Below, one piece after another: positions 1-11,068 of a stretch of 64,000 nucleotides of DNA. This DNA comes from Parcubacteria group bacterium. GTDB lineage: Bacteria > Patescibacteriota > Microgenomatia > UBA1400 > PJMF01. The notes beneath the pieces were generated by a model. It saw nothing but the letters and a program-made list of their open reading frames with translations. It was not told where the DNA came from and did not search any database. Both the position numbers and the translations under genes were made by a program. The DNA is taken from assembly GCA_943350175.1 (NCBI GenBank), contig CALQZX010000001.1, positions 21,818 through 85,817 on the forward strand. Reading direction: 5' to 3'. Positions within the stretch are counted from its first letter, which is position 1, and each line of letters opens with the position of its first letter.

Positions 1-5
1 GGCGA

Positions 6-845
6 GTGATTTGGGAGCCACTTTTTACTTCCAAGTTTGGCCGTTTTAGAGATCGAGTTAATCTGTCTTGGTTCTGGGCGAGAGTGAACCCACGCACTGC
101 AGCGCTTGGTTATTTTAATGGTGGTTTTAAAAGGTTGGCTGATTTAATTGTTCAGAAACTAAAAGACGTAGGAGTTAAAGTTTTCTTTTCAACCAAAGTG
201 CAATCAATTGTTAAGGAAGGAAACCGCTTGGTTTTGACCACGGTTGATAAAAGTGGCAAGCAAAATATTGAGAATTACGATTTGGTAATTTCCACTTTGG
301 CATCACCAATCTTTTCTAAGATAATTGATTTACCAGAGCTAAAGCAAGAGAACTTGGCTGGTCTTGGTGCCATGACTATGTTACTGCGTTTGAAAAAGAA
401 GCTGCTTAAGGATGGAACTTATTGGCTCAATATTAATGAAAAAGGTTGGCCATTTGTAGCGATTGTGGAGCATGATAATTATATTTCTAGTGAACACTAC
501 GGCGGTGAAAGCTTGGTTTATTTGGGTCGCTATTTGGAGGTCTCTGATCCGGCTTACCAGAAGACAACTACAGAATTATTAGCCGACTACAAGCCATTTT
601 TGAAGAAGCTGGATCCTCATTTTGAGCAAAATTTAATTGAGGCTAAGCTTTTTAAAGCTCCTTTTGCGCAGCCAATTAGCTTCGTCAATCAAAGTCGTTT
701 CTTGCCTAAATTTAAAACAAGCGAGAAGAATTTATATTGGGTTTGCATGCAGCACGTCTACCCTTTTGATCGAGGCATTAATCATGCTATCAAAAGCGCT
801 AGGAAGCTGGCGAAGTATGTTAGAATGGAAAATTCTAAGCTATGA
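6..845 (+). CDS. FAD-dependent oxidoreductase (amine oxidase/protoporphyrinogen oxidase-like), 5'-truncated by the window edge
   Basis: LGYFNGGF..LAD, DLVISTL and C-terminal YPFDRGINHAIKSA segments typical of this family. The reading frame is open at the window start. Confidence 0.7.
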   Translation: MIWEPLFTSKFGRFRDRVNLSWFWARVNPRTAALGYFNGGFKRLADLIVQKLKDVGVKVFFSTKVQSIVKEGNRLVLTTVDKSGKQNIENYDLVISTLASPIFSKIIDLPELKQENLAGLGAMTMLLRLKKKLLKDGTYWLNINEKGWPFVAIVEHDNYISSEHYGGESLVYLGRYLEVSDPAYQKTTTELLADYKPFLKKLDPHFEQNLIEAKLFKAPFAQPISFVNQSRFLPKFKTSEKNLYWVCMQHVYPFDRGINHAIKSARKLAKYVRMENSKL

Positions 846-1426
846 CAGAGCAAAAAATCAAAATTGGTTTCGATATGGATGGAGTGATTCTCTACAATCC
901 AAGTCGCATTTTTCGTAGTTTAATTTCTCGTAGTAAAAAAGCTCATCTTTTCCCACGCAAAGAATTGGAGTTTTATCATCCAACTTCAAATTTGGAGAAA
1001 TTTCTATGGTTGATGGTTCATAAGAGTAGTTTTAAGTTAGCTGATGGCTTTGGAGATTTGGAGAAACTAGCTTTGACTGGAGATCTTGAGTTATACGTGG
1101 TTAGTGCACGTTTTGCTTGTTTGCAAAGTGATACTAAAAAATGGCAAAAGATTATTAATCGCAAAAATATTTTTAAAGAAATTTACTTTAATGATCATGA
1201 TGAGCAGCCTCACATGTTCAAAAAAAGAATGATTGAAAAATTACAATTAGATTATTTTGTGGAAGATAATTGGGACGTTGCTTCTTATTTGGCTAAAAAT
1301 CAAAAAAAAGTGCAAGTTTGGTGGTTGAGTAATTTTTTCGATCAAGCGATTAATTACCCACATAAGCTCTTTTTCTTCAAAGACGTGGTTTCAAAGATCA
1401 AAAGTCTTGTCTTCAAAAATGCATAA
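842..1426 (+). CDS. HAD-superfamily protein (5'(3')-nucleotidase-like)
   Basis: IGFDMDGV motif I, VSAR motif II, K and FVEDN motif IV. ATGA overlap with the upstream stop. Confidence 0.7.
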   Translation: MTEQKIKIGFDMDGVILYNPSRIFRSLISRSKKAHLFPRKELEFYHPTSNLEKFLWLMVHKSSFKLADGFGDLEKLALTGDLELYVVSARFACLQSDTKKWQKIINRKNIFKEIYFNDHDEQPHMFKKRMIEKLQLDYFVEDNWDVASYLAKNQKKVQVWWLSNFFDQAINYPHKLFFFKDVVSKIKSLVFKNA

Positions 1427-1447
1427 ATATATGCGAAACTAACAGTC

Positions 1448-3628
1448 ATGTTAGTTCATGATCTCATTTTGTTGGTTTGGACATATTTTATTTTGTTTTT
1501 GTTGCAACTCATGGCTTTGCCAGTGATTTTCTATGTATCCAGAAAATTTGATTATCTAAAAGATGCTGCTTGGGGTTTTGCTAGAATTTTTTCTATTTTG
1601 CTTTTGTCGCTTTTGGTTTGGAATTTGGCTTTTTTCAAAATTCCAGTTAACACTGATCTGGGAGTTAGCATTTTATTTTTCTGTTTATCCTTGCTTTCCT
1701 TGTATCTTTCTTGGACTTTTTTCTTGAGCAAGCAAAATTTTCTCAAAGATTTTTTCAGGAAATTTGGCAAGATTATTTTGATTGAAGAAATTGTTTTTTT
1801 GTTGGCTTTTATTTTTTTATCCATCACTCGTAGTTTCCAACCAGAAATTCTGGGCTTGGAAAAATTCATGGATGCAGGTTTTATTCAGGCTTATCTGAAG
1901 TCGCCAACTTTGCCAGCACAAGATATCTGGTTTGCTGGATCAAGTATTAATTATTATAGCTTTGGCCATTTTTATAATTCAGTTTTGGTTAATTTGTGGC
2001 AGATAGATCTATCTTACGGCTATAATTTATTATTGATCAGTCTGTTTGCAATATTTTGTTTGCAATTATTTTCTTTGGCTTTTAATTTGCGAGCAAATTT
2101 GTTTGCTAATAAAAAAACACTTTTTAATCACTTCGCATATGATTTTAAAGCAGCTGTTTTTGCTGGTATTTTTGCTGTTTTTTTAGTGGCTTTGGGAGCG
2201 AATGGTCATACCCTGTGGTACTTTTTTAGTCACAATGGCTTTGAAGCTTATTGGTATCCAGATGCAACTAGATTTATTGAGAGAACTATTCATGAATTTC
2301 CATCTTATAGCTTTGTAGTTTGTGATTTACATGCTCATGTTTTGTCTCTGCCGGTTAGCTTGTTTTTATTGCTAACAATTTTTATGTGGCTAAAAGAATT
2401 ATTCACGCTTCGTAGCTTTGATAAATTAAAAACTCTGGTCAGAGAAAATTTCTTTTGGCTTTCCGTGCTAATGGGCGCTTTATTTGGTGTTCTGGTAATG
2501 ACTAATACTTGGGATGTTTTGATTTATGGAATTTTGGTGGCTGTCGTTTCTATTTTTTCGCTCCTACAAAACAAGAAACTTTTCTTGCCAATATTTTTGT
2601 CGGCTGCTTGTGTTTTCGTTGGCACAGCCATTTTTTCAGTTTTTTGGTTTTTAAACTTTGAACCTATTTCTAGCGGTTTGACGATTGCTAAAGAACATAC
2701 ACCTTTTTGGCAACTTTTAGCTCTGTATGGCCCACATTTATTTTGGGCAGTTTTGCTCTTATTCGCTACAAAATCTTTGTTATCAGTCAAGAAAAATGAC
2801 TCCGTGGTGCCAATTTTGATCTTCTCTCTTTTTATAATGGTTTCATTTCTAATCATTTTTCCAGAACTCTTTTACTTTAAAGATATTTACACCACATATC
2901 CAAGAGCTAACACGATGTTTAAATTAGTTTTTCAAGGATTTATGCTGCTTGGTTTCTTACTTAGTTTGTTTTTTAGTCTGGTACTCTTTGATAAGGATAA
3001 AGGAATTCGCTTGTTTTCTTGGCGCCTGATTGATTTGAGACACTTATTCTCAAATAGGAAAAAGAAAATCTTCTTGTTTAAGGCTCGTTTGCGTAAGTTT
3101 GTTTTTCTTATTTTGCCAATTGGTTTCTTTCTTTTTATATCCACTCTCATGTACCCATATTTAGCTTACAGAAGCTACTATAATGGCCTAAAAAACTACC
3201 AAGGCCTTGATGGCCTAGCTTGGTTTGCTCGTAAATATCCAGAAGATTTTGTCTTGATGAATTATTTAAAGAGAAATGAACTCGTGCAAGTCAACATAGT
3301 CGAGGCAGTCGGTGAATCTTACACTGAGTTTGCCAGGGTTTCTGCCTTCTCCGGGATGCCAACAATTCTTGGTTGGAGAGTTCATGAGTGGCTGTGGCGC
3401 GCTGGCTGGGATCAACCAGCTATGCGTAGTGGTCAGGTTGAGAAAATCTACAATAACCCGACTAGCCTAGAAGCAGCCTCTTATCTAAAGGAATATCAAA
3501 TTAAATACATAATCATTGGTGATAAAGAACATGAAGCTTATCCAAGCTTAAATGTGAGCGGGCTATTCTCTCTTGGAGAAGTAGTGGCTTCACAAGGAAA
3601 TAATTATTTGGTTAAATTGGATATATAA
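1448..3628 (+). CDS. DUF2298 (YYY-motif) polytopic membrane protein, putative GT-C-type glycosyltransferase
   Basis: EKFMD, DIWFAG..INYYSFGH, HEFPSYSF..DLHAH, NTWD, RANTMFK and GWRVHEWLWR motifs; many TM helices. Confidence 0.8.
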   Translation: MLVHDLILLVWTYFILFLLQLMALPVIFYVSRKFDYLKDAAWGFARIFSILLLSLLVWNLAFFKIPVNTDLGVSILFFCLSLLSLYLSWTFFLSKQNFLKDFFRKFGKIILIEEIVFLLAFIFLSITRSFQPEILGLEKFMDAGFIQAYLKSPTLPAQDIWFAGSSINYYSFGHFYNSVLVNLWQIDLSYGYNLLLISLFAIFCLQLFSLAFNLRANLFANKKTLFNHFAYDFKAAVFAGIFAVFLVALGANGHTLWYFFSHNGFEAYWYPDATRFIERTIHEFPSYSFVVCDLHAHVLSLPVSLFLLLTIFMWLKELFTLRSFDKLKTLVRENFFWLSVLMGALFGVLVMTNTWDVLIYGILVAVVSIFSLLQNKKLFLPIFLSAACVFVGTAIFSVFWFLNFEPISSGLTIAKEHTPFWQLLALYGPHLFWAVLLLFATKSLLSVKKNDSVVPILIFSLFIMVSFLIIFPELFYFKDIYTTYPRANTMFKLVFQGFMLLGFLLSLFFSLVLFDKDKGIRLFSWRLIDLRHLFSNRKKKIFLFKARLRKFVFLILPIGFFLFISTLMYPYLAYRSYYNGLKNYQGLDGLAWFARKYPEDFVLMNYLKRNELVQVNIVEAVGESYTEFARVSAFSGMPTILGWRVHEWLWRAGWDQPAMRSGQVEKIYNNPTSLEAASYLKEYQIKYIIIGDKEHEAYPSLNVSGLFSLGEVVASQGNNYLVKLDI

Positions 3629-3661
3629 TATAACCAGCATTTACAAAAATAAGGAAAACAT

Positions 3662-4120
3662 ATGATAGAATTTCCAAAACAAGGAGCTCCTAAAGATAGT
3701 GAGCCTACATTAAAAGTAGAAACTTTGTCTTGCTCAAGTTGTGGTGGAAAAATTGATGGTCCTGGAAAATGTCCATTTTGCGGACAATTTCTCATTGTGG
3801 TTGAAGGTGGAAATTATCTAAGAATTACACCGAAAGATATTGAAGGTATTGAGATAAAGAAACCATCTAATCCTGAAGGAAGTTGGAAATTCAAAATTAC
3901 TGGTAAGTTTCAAGATATTTTGTTATCTGAAGAAGATATTTGGATAATAGGTAATGGTAATATTGAATTTGGTGGATTATTAGTTGCTTTATTCTTCAAA
4001 AATAATTCAGACAAATATGGTATTCCCGGACAACTTAGACCTAAGGTTGAAGATATAAGAGCTTTTGCAATTAGAGCAGCTTTTAGACAATCTGCTGCTA
4101 GAAACAACCCAAGAAAATAA
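3662..4120 (+). CDS. Hypothetical protein with N-terminal zinc ribbon
   Basis: CSSCGG-x7-CPFCG. Confidence 0.6.
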   Translation: MIEFPKQGAPKDSEPTLKVETLSCSSCGGKIDGPGKCPFCGQFLIVVEGGNYLRITPKDIEGIEIKKPSNPEGSWKFKITGKFQDILLSEEDIWIIGNGNIEFGGLLVALFFKNNSDKYGIPGQLRPKVEDIRAFAIRAAFRQSAARNNPRK

Positions 4121-4147
4121 CTGCTTCTGATCAGTACAAAATTTCTT

Positions 4148-5215
4148 TTAAGAAGAAATTGTATATCCGAGTTTCGCTAATTTTTCTCTATCTTGACTCA
4201 TTTTTCTCATATCATTTTCATCTCTAGGTGATAGGTTGCCTCCGCATTTAGAACATTGCTCTTCCCCGCTTTTTCTTTCTTTACCACAAAAAGCACAAAC
4301 AAAGTAACTCGCTACTTCTTTAAATCCTAAGGTGTTTGTTTCATGATTTATTGTAGTTGTTCTGTTCTCTTTGCCCTCGGCATCTTTGGCTACTTTTTCT
4401 ATCACAGACACTAGAGTTTTAGGTAATTTAGCAACATCAAATACTTCTTTTACTTTCGTAGCTCCGAGCATGGCCAGTCTAAGCATTTTTTGTAAATCAC
4501 CTCCTCTGCCAATTGCATCTACAATATCTTTCACTTCAAAAGCTGCTTGACCACCTTCTGCCAATAATTTTTCCATGTTGGAGCCAGTCATGCTTACCAA
4601 ACATCTGCCAACCATTCTGACTTCTGATTCGTTGTAAACGCGTTGTTTAATGTCAGCTTCAACTGCTGAATTAGCAACATTAATTCTCAATAGCTCTTCT
4701 TCAGAGTCACTATCAGTAAAAATAAAAGTACCGCTTTCTCCGTTATCTCTTTCAAGATCTATAGAAATTTTTGCATTTTGTAAAGAAATCTCAAAAGCTG
4801 CATGTAGATCTTCTACTGATAGATTAGCAAAATAAGTCTGCTCTGAACCATTCAGTAATTCTGTTATTCGTTGGGTAACTTCCGCTGCGCCAACAGCTCC
4901 AGCCAAACCAACAGCTCCGGCCGCTCCATCTAGACTACCTAAAAGATCCTCAAGAAAATTCCCCCCACCGCCAGCTGCTCTTTCTGCAGCTTTTCTATTT
5001 TCATAAGCTATTCCACCAAATTTTGCTTTTAAGAACGCAAAATCTGTGAAATTCAATTTCTTTTGCCATTTAAGACTTTCTTCTTCAGGCATTTGGCTAA
5101 GTTTAGCGATCATTCCATCTTCATTATCAACTTCTAATAGCGCATAAAACGCTGCTTTGGTTAATGATAAATCTTTAATTTTAGATAATGCGTCAACTTG
5201 TGTTACTTCAATCAT
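4148..5215 (-). CDS. Hypothetical protein with C-terminal zinc ribbon
   Basis: Long ORF; CAFCG...CSKCGG near the C-terminus. ATG at 5215 preferred over the ORF-track start at 5251. Confidence 0.6.
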   Translation of the reverse strand: MIEVTQVDALSKIKDLSLTKAAFYALLEVDNEDGMIAKLSQMPEEESLKWQKKLNFTDFAFLKAKFGGIAYENRKAAERAAGGGGNFLEDLLGSLDGAAGAVGLAGAVGAAEVTQRITELLNGSEQTYFANLSVEDLHAAFEISLQNAKISIDLERDNGESGTFIFTDSDSEEELLRINVANSAVEADIKQRVYNESEVRMVGRCLVSMTGSNMEKLLAEGGQAAFEVKDIVDAIGRGGDLQKMLRLAMLGATKVKEVFDVAKLPKTLVSVIEKVAKDAEGKENRTTTINHETNTLGFKEVASYFVCAFCGKERKSGEEQCSKCGGNLSPRDENDMRKMSQDREKLAKLGYTISS

Positions 5216-5272
5216 AAAAATATTCCTTTTTGTTATTGTAAACCAAAGCACATTAAAAATGATTGTTATTTT

Positions 5273-6850
5273 CTAATAATTATTATTTCCAAACCTTTTT
5301 CTAAAAAACTTTCCAATTCTTCTTTTGAAAGTTGCTACTTTTTTATTTTTGATTAAGTCTAAAAAATCTTTTCTTATTTTTTCATCATCCATTTTGTTTT
5401 CATAATAAATACTGCTGGTACCTTTAGATAATTTAAATATGCTGTTAAAAATAGCTTGTTTATTTAGCTGAACAAGAGTTGTTAAAAGCTCAAAAATGTT
5501 GTGTCCATATGTGTTTAGTTCTAGTTGTTTTGCTTCAAGTAATTTATCAATTAATCCATCTACTATAAGAATTTTTTTATCACTAATTTGATACTCTAAG
5601 TTTGAGTTTATTCTATCTGCAAACTCTTTTTCTTTTTCATTAACCCTCTCCAATGATTGAGGATGTTTTGATAGACAGAGTCTTTGGGTTTCTGCATTTT
5701 GATGCCACTTAATTCCGTTGAATTCTGTAAATAATTTTACAGCTAGAGCTCTATGAAAAGTTGTTTTATCAAGAGAAGAAAACAATGCAAATACTTTTGC
5801 TTCAGTTATGTTCAAATCTTTACCCAAAATTCCAGAGATAAATTCTTTAATATATTCTACGTAGTCATTAAAGTCATTATTATTCTGGCTTTTTTCAAAC
5901 AATCCGGGTTTATCTATTTCTGATAACTGTTCTGCCAAATATTCAATTAGATTTGATTCACTCACTCCACTTTCTAGAATGTTTGATATGAAACACATTT
6001 CAGAACTATCTGCGTGAGACATATTGCCACTGTCAAAAAAATTTTGTGCGTGAAATCCATCGTGGTAATAAATCATTCCTGTTTTTAATAGTTGTCTAAC
6101 GGTTTGAGATATTTGCTTGACTAGTTTTGGATTTAACAATTCATCTTCATTGGTAATTTGTTTTTTATGATCCACATGCAAATGGTTCGAAATTCTATTT
6201 TTTCCAGGTACTAGTAGAGAAATTGTTCCAATTCCACCCGTTTTCTTCCAGCTTAGGTTTTTGTAATTATTTTTGTGTAGGCGACTCTTATTCCACAAGC
6301 TTCTTAACTTTTCTGAAATTTCTTTAAAGGCGACTAAGCCTAAGGGGATGCTAATACCAAATCTAATAGCGGAATCAATATCAGTCCAATTATTCTCTTT
6401 TGCAGATTCAGAAAAAATAATGCAGGAATTTATGTATTCAGTGACATTCTCAACTGTGTCCGAAGCACCCATAATTCTATCGCTAAATTTATGGAAGAAT
6501 TCATTTTCATTTACTGGAAAGCCATTGTTTCCATTTTTGACCAAATCTTCATTTCCAGTTCCTTTGACATATATTGTATTTCCGTTTGAGTCTTCATGAT
6601 ACGTACCTCTTCCCTCTCCAACATGGTTGCCAACCAACATATCTCTTCTTGTCTTTTTTCCAAAAACAAGCCTGCCTAGCGGAGAAACAGTTTCTGAGAG
6701 ATTTTTAATTTCTTTTAGTAACTTATCATTTAATCCAAATCTTTTCCAGATAATTTCGTAAATTTCTTCAGCAATACTTAGTTCTTTTCCGTCAGTTAAC
6801 TCATAAATAGCATCAGATCCTACAGGTGGATTTTCTCTCATGTTAAACAA
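5273..6850 (-). CDS. Hypothetical protein, possible divergent kinase-like/SelO-like fold
   Basis: 525-aa ORF with YVKGTG, TEYINS, YHDGFHAQN and ADSSE in kinase-like order. Confidence 0.4.
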   Translation of the reverse strand: MFNMRENPPVGSDAIYELTDGKELSIAEEIYEIIWKRFGLNDKLLKEIKNLSETVSPLGRLVFGKKTRRDMLVGNHVGEGRGTYHEDSNGNTIYVKGTGNEDLVKNGNNGFPVNENEFFHKFSDRIMGASDTVENVTEYINSCIIFSESAKENNWTDIDSAIRFGISIPLGLVAFKEISEKLRSLWNKSRLHKNNYKNLSWKKTGGIGTISLLVPGKNRISNHLHVDHKKQITNEDELLNPKLVKQISQTVRQLLKTGMIYYHDGFHAQNFFDSGNMSHADSSEMCFISNILESGVSESNLIEYLAEQLSEIDKPGLFEKSQNNNDFNDYVEYIKEFISGILGKDLNITEAKVFALFSSLDKTTFHRALAVKLFTEFNGIKWHQNAETQRLCLSKHPQSLERVNEKEKEFADRINSNLEYQISDKKILIVDGLIDKLLEAKQLELNTYGHNIFELLTTLVQLNKQAIFNSIFKLSKGTSSIYYENKMDDEKIRKDFLDLIKNKKVATFKRRIGKFFRKRFGNNNY

Positions 6851-6876
6851 CTATTTAAATTTTATTTTTAGACTAA

Positions 6877-7689
6877 CTAATTCAGCTCAAAAGTCACAGT
6901 CACGCTCTTGCTGGTTTGGCTGGAGCCTGGCTCCAATTCAGCGCTGATGACTGATTTTTCTGCTCCAACTGCCATAGGCATGATGGAATCATAGCCGCGA
7001 TACATTGGGTAGGAACTTCCTCCTTCGGTAACAGAGATAATCTTGCCAACCTTTTGTTTATTGGCGGCAGCGATTTTTTCTGCTTTTTCTCTGGCATTAA
7101 CGACGGCGGCTGAAAGAAGTTCATCGCTTGCAGCATCGCTGTCATCAATACCGAAGTTTGGTCCATAAACATTGTTGGCGCCACTTTCGTTGAGGATGGA
7201 GAGAAGGGTTTTGGCTTTATCAACTTCTCTTAGTTTGATGCTGATGGAATTACTTGCTCTCCACTGACCTTTTTTGGCTTTAGTTGGTGGCTGTGGATAC
7301 ATCATGGTAGAAACACCAGAAGATTCCATTATTTCTGGGCCTTCATTAACATATTCTGTTTCTTGATAAACATTCACCGCTTGGGTTTGAATGTCTTTAT
7401 CATCTATGCCCATCTGTTTAACTTTATCAATTAATTGATTTATGGCCTCATTGGTTTTGTTTAAAGCTTCTTCCTTGGTGGCTTCAATGCTTTCCATTCC
7501 AGCGCCAAAATTGGCAATTTGATTGGCTTGGTCTTTTTTAGCCATGCCACTAACAGTAATAGTAGAGGTAGGACGCATTTCTAAGCTGCCCCAGTGCGGT
7601 TTTATATTGGTGAAGCGAGTGATGGCGATGAGACCAATCACTAGAATAAAAGCGAATAAGATGGTTCCTTCATTTTGTTTTGGGTTCAT
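6877..7689 (-). CDS. SIMPL (DUF541) domain protein
   Basis: N-terminal TM; TITVSG, GIDDKDIQT, GANNVYGPNF, AVVNAREKAEKIA, LEPG..SVTVTFEL. Confidence 0.9.
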   Translation of the reverse strand: MNPKQNEGTILFAFILVIGLIAITRFTNIKPHWGSLEMRPTSTITVSGMAKKDQANQIANFGAGMESIEATKEEALNKTNEAINQLIDKVKQMGIDDKDIQTQAVNVYQETEYVNEGPEIMESSGVSTMMYPQPPTKAKKGQWRASNSISIKLREVDKAKTLLSILNESGANNVYGPNFGIDDSDAASDELLSAAVVNAREKAEKIAAANKQKVGKIISVTEGGSSYPMYRGYDSIMPMAVGAEKSVISAELEPGSSQTSKSVTVTFELN

Positions 7690-7704
7690 ATGAATACTAT
7701 CTTA

Positions 7705-8625
7705 CTATTTTGGCTCGTTCTCTTCAATGATTTTGGCAAAATCACTACTGATCCAGGCTGTAATTTTGTCTAATTGAATCTTCAGCCATTTGCCATCAGC
7801 ACTTTTTTCTCCAAGATACGGATAAAAAAAGCCAACTTTGGCAAAGCCAACTTCTTTGGCGGCACTATCGGAGGCTTCTCTAGCTTTTAGAACTTCTTGC
7901 TCTGCTTCAAAAAAGTCAGTTTTGAGAATTTGGACTTTTTTGCCCAAGATTCCTGAACTGCCAGATGCTTCTGGTGAGACTTTATTAAATTTGGCTTGAA
8001 TAACGCTAGCAGTAGCCTCATTAACTTTTTTTGGTGAAGCTTCTTCAATTTTAATATTTTTGGCCAGATTGATAGTGATTTTTGTCTCATAGCCATCTAA
8101 GACCAAAAAGCTATGATCTTGAGCTTCATAGGAAGGCAAGCTTACTGAAAAATGGTGTTCTCCAGGAGAAACTGAATCAATAGTGAGAGGAGAAAAAGTC
8201 ACCTCTTTATCATCAAAAGAAATAAAGGCATTTTCTGGGTACGTCTCAAAGCTGACGCTAGAGCTTTTGTCAGTTTTTTTGCGCAACTCAAAAACAGTAC
8301 TAGAGCTATTGCGCGGATTTTCTCCAGGATTATAAACAACAATGGTTAGAGTGCCTTTTTCCAAATAGATGGGCAAATTTAAATTGCTCAATTTATTGTC
8401 ATCTGGGGTAATTTTGAGAATGTACTCACCACTTTGCAATTTTTCTTCAAGCAAAGGTGCCTTGCCGAGGTAATTTTCGCCGAGGAAAACCGAGGCGCTA
8501 CCATTTGGATATTCAATCTGCAAGCCAGCTCGGGAATTTTTTTTGAGAGGATCAAGAAAAATAAAAACGAGAGATCCGCCAAGGAGTAATAAAGAAGCTA
8601 AAACAAGCAAGACTTTCTTCAACAT
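7705..8625 (-). CDS. PEGA-domain membrane-anchored protein with C-terminal SH3b-like domain
   Basis: Signal anchor; two PEGA-like repeats (YLGKAPL..LQSGEYILKI; SPLTIDSVSPGEHHFSVSLPSY); C-terminal WLKI..AWISSDF. Confidence 0.75.
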   Translation of the reverse strand: MLKKVLLVLASLLLLGGSLVFIFLDPLKKNSRAGLQIEYPNGSASVFLGENYLGKAPLLEEKLQSGEYILKITPDDNKLSNLNLPIYLEKGTLTIVVYNPGENPRNSSSTVFELRKKTDKSSSVSFETYPENAFISFDDKEVTFSPLTIDSVSPGEHHFSVSLPSYEAQDHSFLVLDGYETKITINLAKNIKIEEASPKKVNEATASVIQAKFNKVSPEASGSSGILGKKVQILKTDFFEAEQEVLKAREASDSAAKEVGFAKVGFFYPYLGEKSADGKWLKIQLDKITAWISSDFAKIIEENEPK

Positions 8626-8669
8626 AAGTTAAATCTAGTCTTAGTATAACAGCCATTTTGGCGACTAGC

Positions 8670-11057
8670 CTAGTCTTCTAGAGCAATCTTGATGACTTCG
8701 CTGACGTCACTAACCGGTTTGAAAGTAACCTTATCTTTGACTAGAGGTAGAATTTTTTCTAGATCGCGCTCATTTTCTTTTGGAATAATGATAATTTTGC
8801 TGCCTGCATTGTAGGCGGCAATTGCTTTTTCTTTGAGGCCGCCTATGCGTAGCACTCGACCGCGCAAAGTGACTTCTCCGGTCATGGCAACATCTCGGCG
8901 CACTGGTTTTTTGGTAAAAGCAGAGACCAGGGCTGTAGTAATAGTCACACCAGCAGAAGGACCATCTTTTGGCACTGCTCCCTCTGGAACATGGATGTGA
9001 ACATTGGATTTGTTGATTAGATCGATGTTAATGCCTAATTCTTTATGATGTGAGCTGACGTAAGTTAGAGCGGCTTGAGCTGATTCTTTCATGACTTCGC
9101 CGAGTTTGCCGGTTAGTCTGATCTGGCCTTTGCCGGGTGAAAGAGCAACCTCAATGAATAAAACATCGCCGCCAACGCTGGTCCAGGCTAAGCCAGTGGC
9201 CAAGCCAACCTGACTCTTCTCTTCAGTCAGACTCTCGTCAAAAACTTCAGGACCGAGATATTTCTTGAGTTTTTTCTGATCGATGACAACTTTTTTTTGC
9301 TTGGTTTCTAATAATTCACGAACGACCTTACGCATGATTTTATTGATTTGTCTTTCCAAATCTCTAACTCCAGCCTCTTTAACGTAGTTTTTGATAATTT
9401 TTTGGAGAATTTCATCATCAATTTCAACCTCGCTCTTTTTCAGAGCATTAGCAGTAATTGCCTTGGCCAAAAGATAGCGTTTGGCGATCTGGAATTTTTC
9501 TTGTGCGGTGTATCCGTAATATGGAATGATTTCTAAGCGGTCGAGCAAGGCATCTGGAATAGTCTCCAGAGTATTGGCGGTAGCGATGAACAGAACATTG
9601 GACAAATCAAAAGGAATATCCAAGTAATGATCTTCAAAAGCGTGGTTTTGCTCTGGATCTAGTACTTCCAGAAGAGCTGAGCTTGGATCGCCACGGAAGT
9701 CATTGCCTAATTTATCGATTTCATCGAGCATGAAAACAGGATTAACAGTCTTAGCATTGGAAATGGCTTTGATGATTCTGCCTGGCATAGCGCCGACATA
9801 AGTACGGCGGTGACCTCTGATCTCAGCTTCATCACGCACGCCACCTAGAGAAATCTTGGTGAAGTCGCGACCTAGAGCAGCAGCAATTGAATGGCCAATG
9901 CTAGTCTTACCAACTCCAGGAGGGCCGACGAAACATAAAATAGTGGGAATATTCTGACTTTTTTGTGGCTGAGTTTTGCCAGGAATTAGGGAGGCTTTTT
10001 GTTTTTGCTTGAGTTGCAGGACAGACATGTATTCCAAGACACGGTCTTTGACGTCATCGAGGCCATAATGGTCTTTGTCTAGAATTTCAGCAGCTTTTTT
10101 AATATCAATCTTTTTATTTTTGAATTTGCCAAAAGGTAATTCCAAAATTAAGTCCAGCCAATTGCGAATGTATGAACCCTCTGGATTATTGGGCGACATT
10201 TGTTCGAGTTTTTTGATTTCTTTCTTGACGCGTTTGGCAGTTTCGAGAGGTAACTTGGCTTTTTTTAGTTTGCCTTCATATTCGCTGATAATCTCTTCTT
10301 CGTCATCTAATTCACCAAGTTCTTTTTGGATGGTTTGCATGCGCTCGCGCAAAATGCTCTCGCGCATATGTTTGTCAAATTTGGCTTGGGTTTTTTTGGA
10401 GACGTCTTTTTCAATCTCCAAGACGTTAATTTCTTTGGATAAATAGAAAATGATTTTACTGATTCTTTTTTTGACTTCCGTCATTTCTAGAATTTCTTGT
10501 TTTTCTTTGGTGGAGAGAGTCAGGGTGCTGGCGACCTGGTCGGCCATTTCGCCTTCGTTAACGCCACTTAGGAGTTTGATGAAATTCAAAAATTCAATTT
10601 GTTTACCCATTTGGACGGTTTGCTTGAATAATTTTTGCAATTGATTACTAAGGGCGGTCAACTCAGCATCTTTTTTAAAAAGATCGTAGATTTTTTCTAC
10701 ACTAGCCATAATAAATGGTTTTTCTTGGACAAAGTTTTGCACTATTACTCTACCGACACCGCGCACTAAGGCACTAACGCTGTCACCAGTGGTGAGAGTT
10801 TTTTCGATGATAGCCAAGGTGCCAATTTGGTAAAGGTCGCTACTTTTGGGACGTTCTAGATTGGATTTCTTTTGAGTGAGAAGAACGACGTATTTGCCAT
10901 CGCCTTTGCCTTCATTAATTGCTGCTAGAGAAAGCTTGCGGCCGAAAGTAAGAACTGACTCCGTGGAAGGAAAAAGAACGCCTTCGCGAATGGGAATAAC
11001 TGGCAAAGTAAGTTGGCTGGTGGGTAGGGATTTAGGAGTTAAGATATCTTTTGACAT
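8670..11057 (-). CDS. lon: ATP-dependent Lon protease
   Basis: LPVIPIR N-domain, [13 protein letters not shown] Walker A, LDEIDK Walker B, PKDGPSAG catalytic Ser, IGGLKEK catalytic Lys. Confidence 0.98.
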   Translation of the reverse strand: MSKDILTPKSLPTSQLTLPVIPIREGVLFPSTESVLTFGRKLSLAAINEGKGDGKYVVLLTQKKSNLERPKSSDLYQIGTLAIIEKTLTTGDSVSALVRGVGRVIVQNFVQEKPFIMASVEKIYDLFKKDAELTALSNQLQKLFKQTVQMGKQIEFLNFIKLLSGVNEGEMADQVASTLTLSTKEKQEILEMTEVKKRISKIIFYLSKEINVLEIEKDVSKKTQAKFDKHMRESILRERMQTIQKELGELDDEEEIISEYEGKLKKAKLPLETAKRVKKEIKKLEQMSPNNPEGSYIRNWLDLILELPFGKFKNKKIDIKKAAEILDKDHYGLDDVKDRVLEYMSVLQLKQKQKASLIPGKTQPQKSQNIPTILCFVGPPGVGKTSIGHSIAAALGRDFTKISLGGVRDEAEIRGHRRTYVGAMPGRIIKAISNAKTVNPVFMLDEIDKLGNDFRGDPSSALLEVLDPEQNHAFEDHYLDIPFDLSNVLFIATANTLETIPDALLDRLEIIPYYGYTAQEKFQIAKRYLLAKAITANALKKSEVEIDDEILQKIIKNYVKEAGVRDLERQINKIMRKVVRELLETKQKKVVIDQKKLKKYLGPEVFDESLTEEKSQVGLATGLAWTSVGGDVLFIEVALSPGKGQIRLTGKLGEVMKESAQAALTYVSSHHKELGINIDLINKSNVHIHVPEGAVPKDGPSAGVTITTALVSAFTKKPVRRDVAMTGEVTLRGRVLRIGGLKEKAIAAYNAGSKIIIIPKENERDLEKILPLVKDKVTFKPVSDVSEVIKIALED

Positions 11058-11068
11058 GTTTCACTCTG

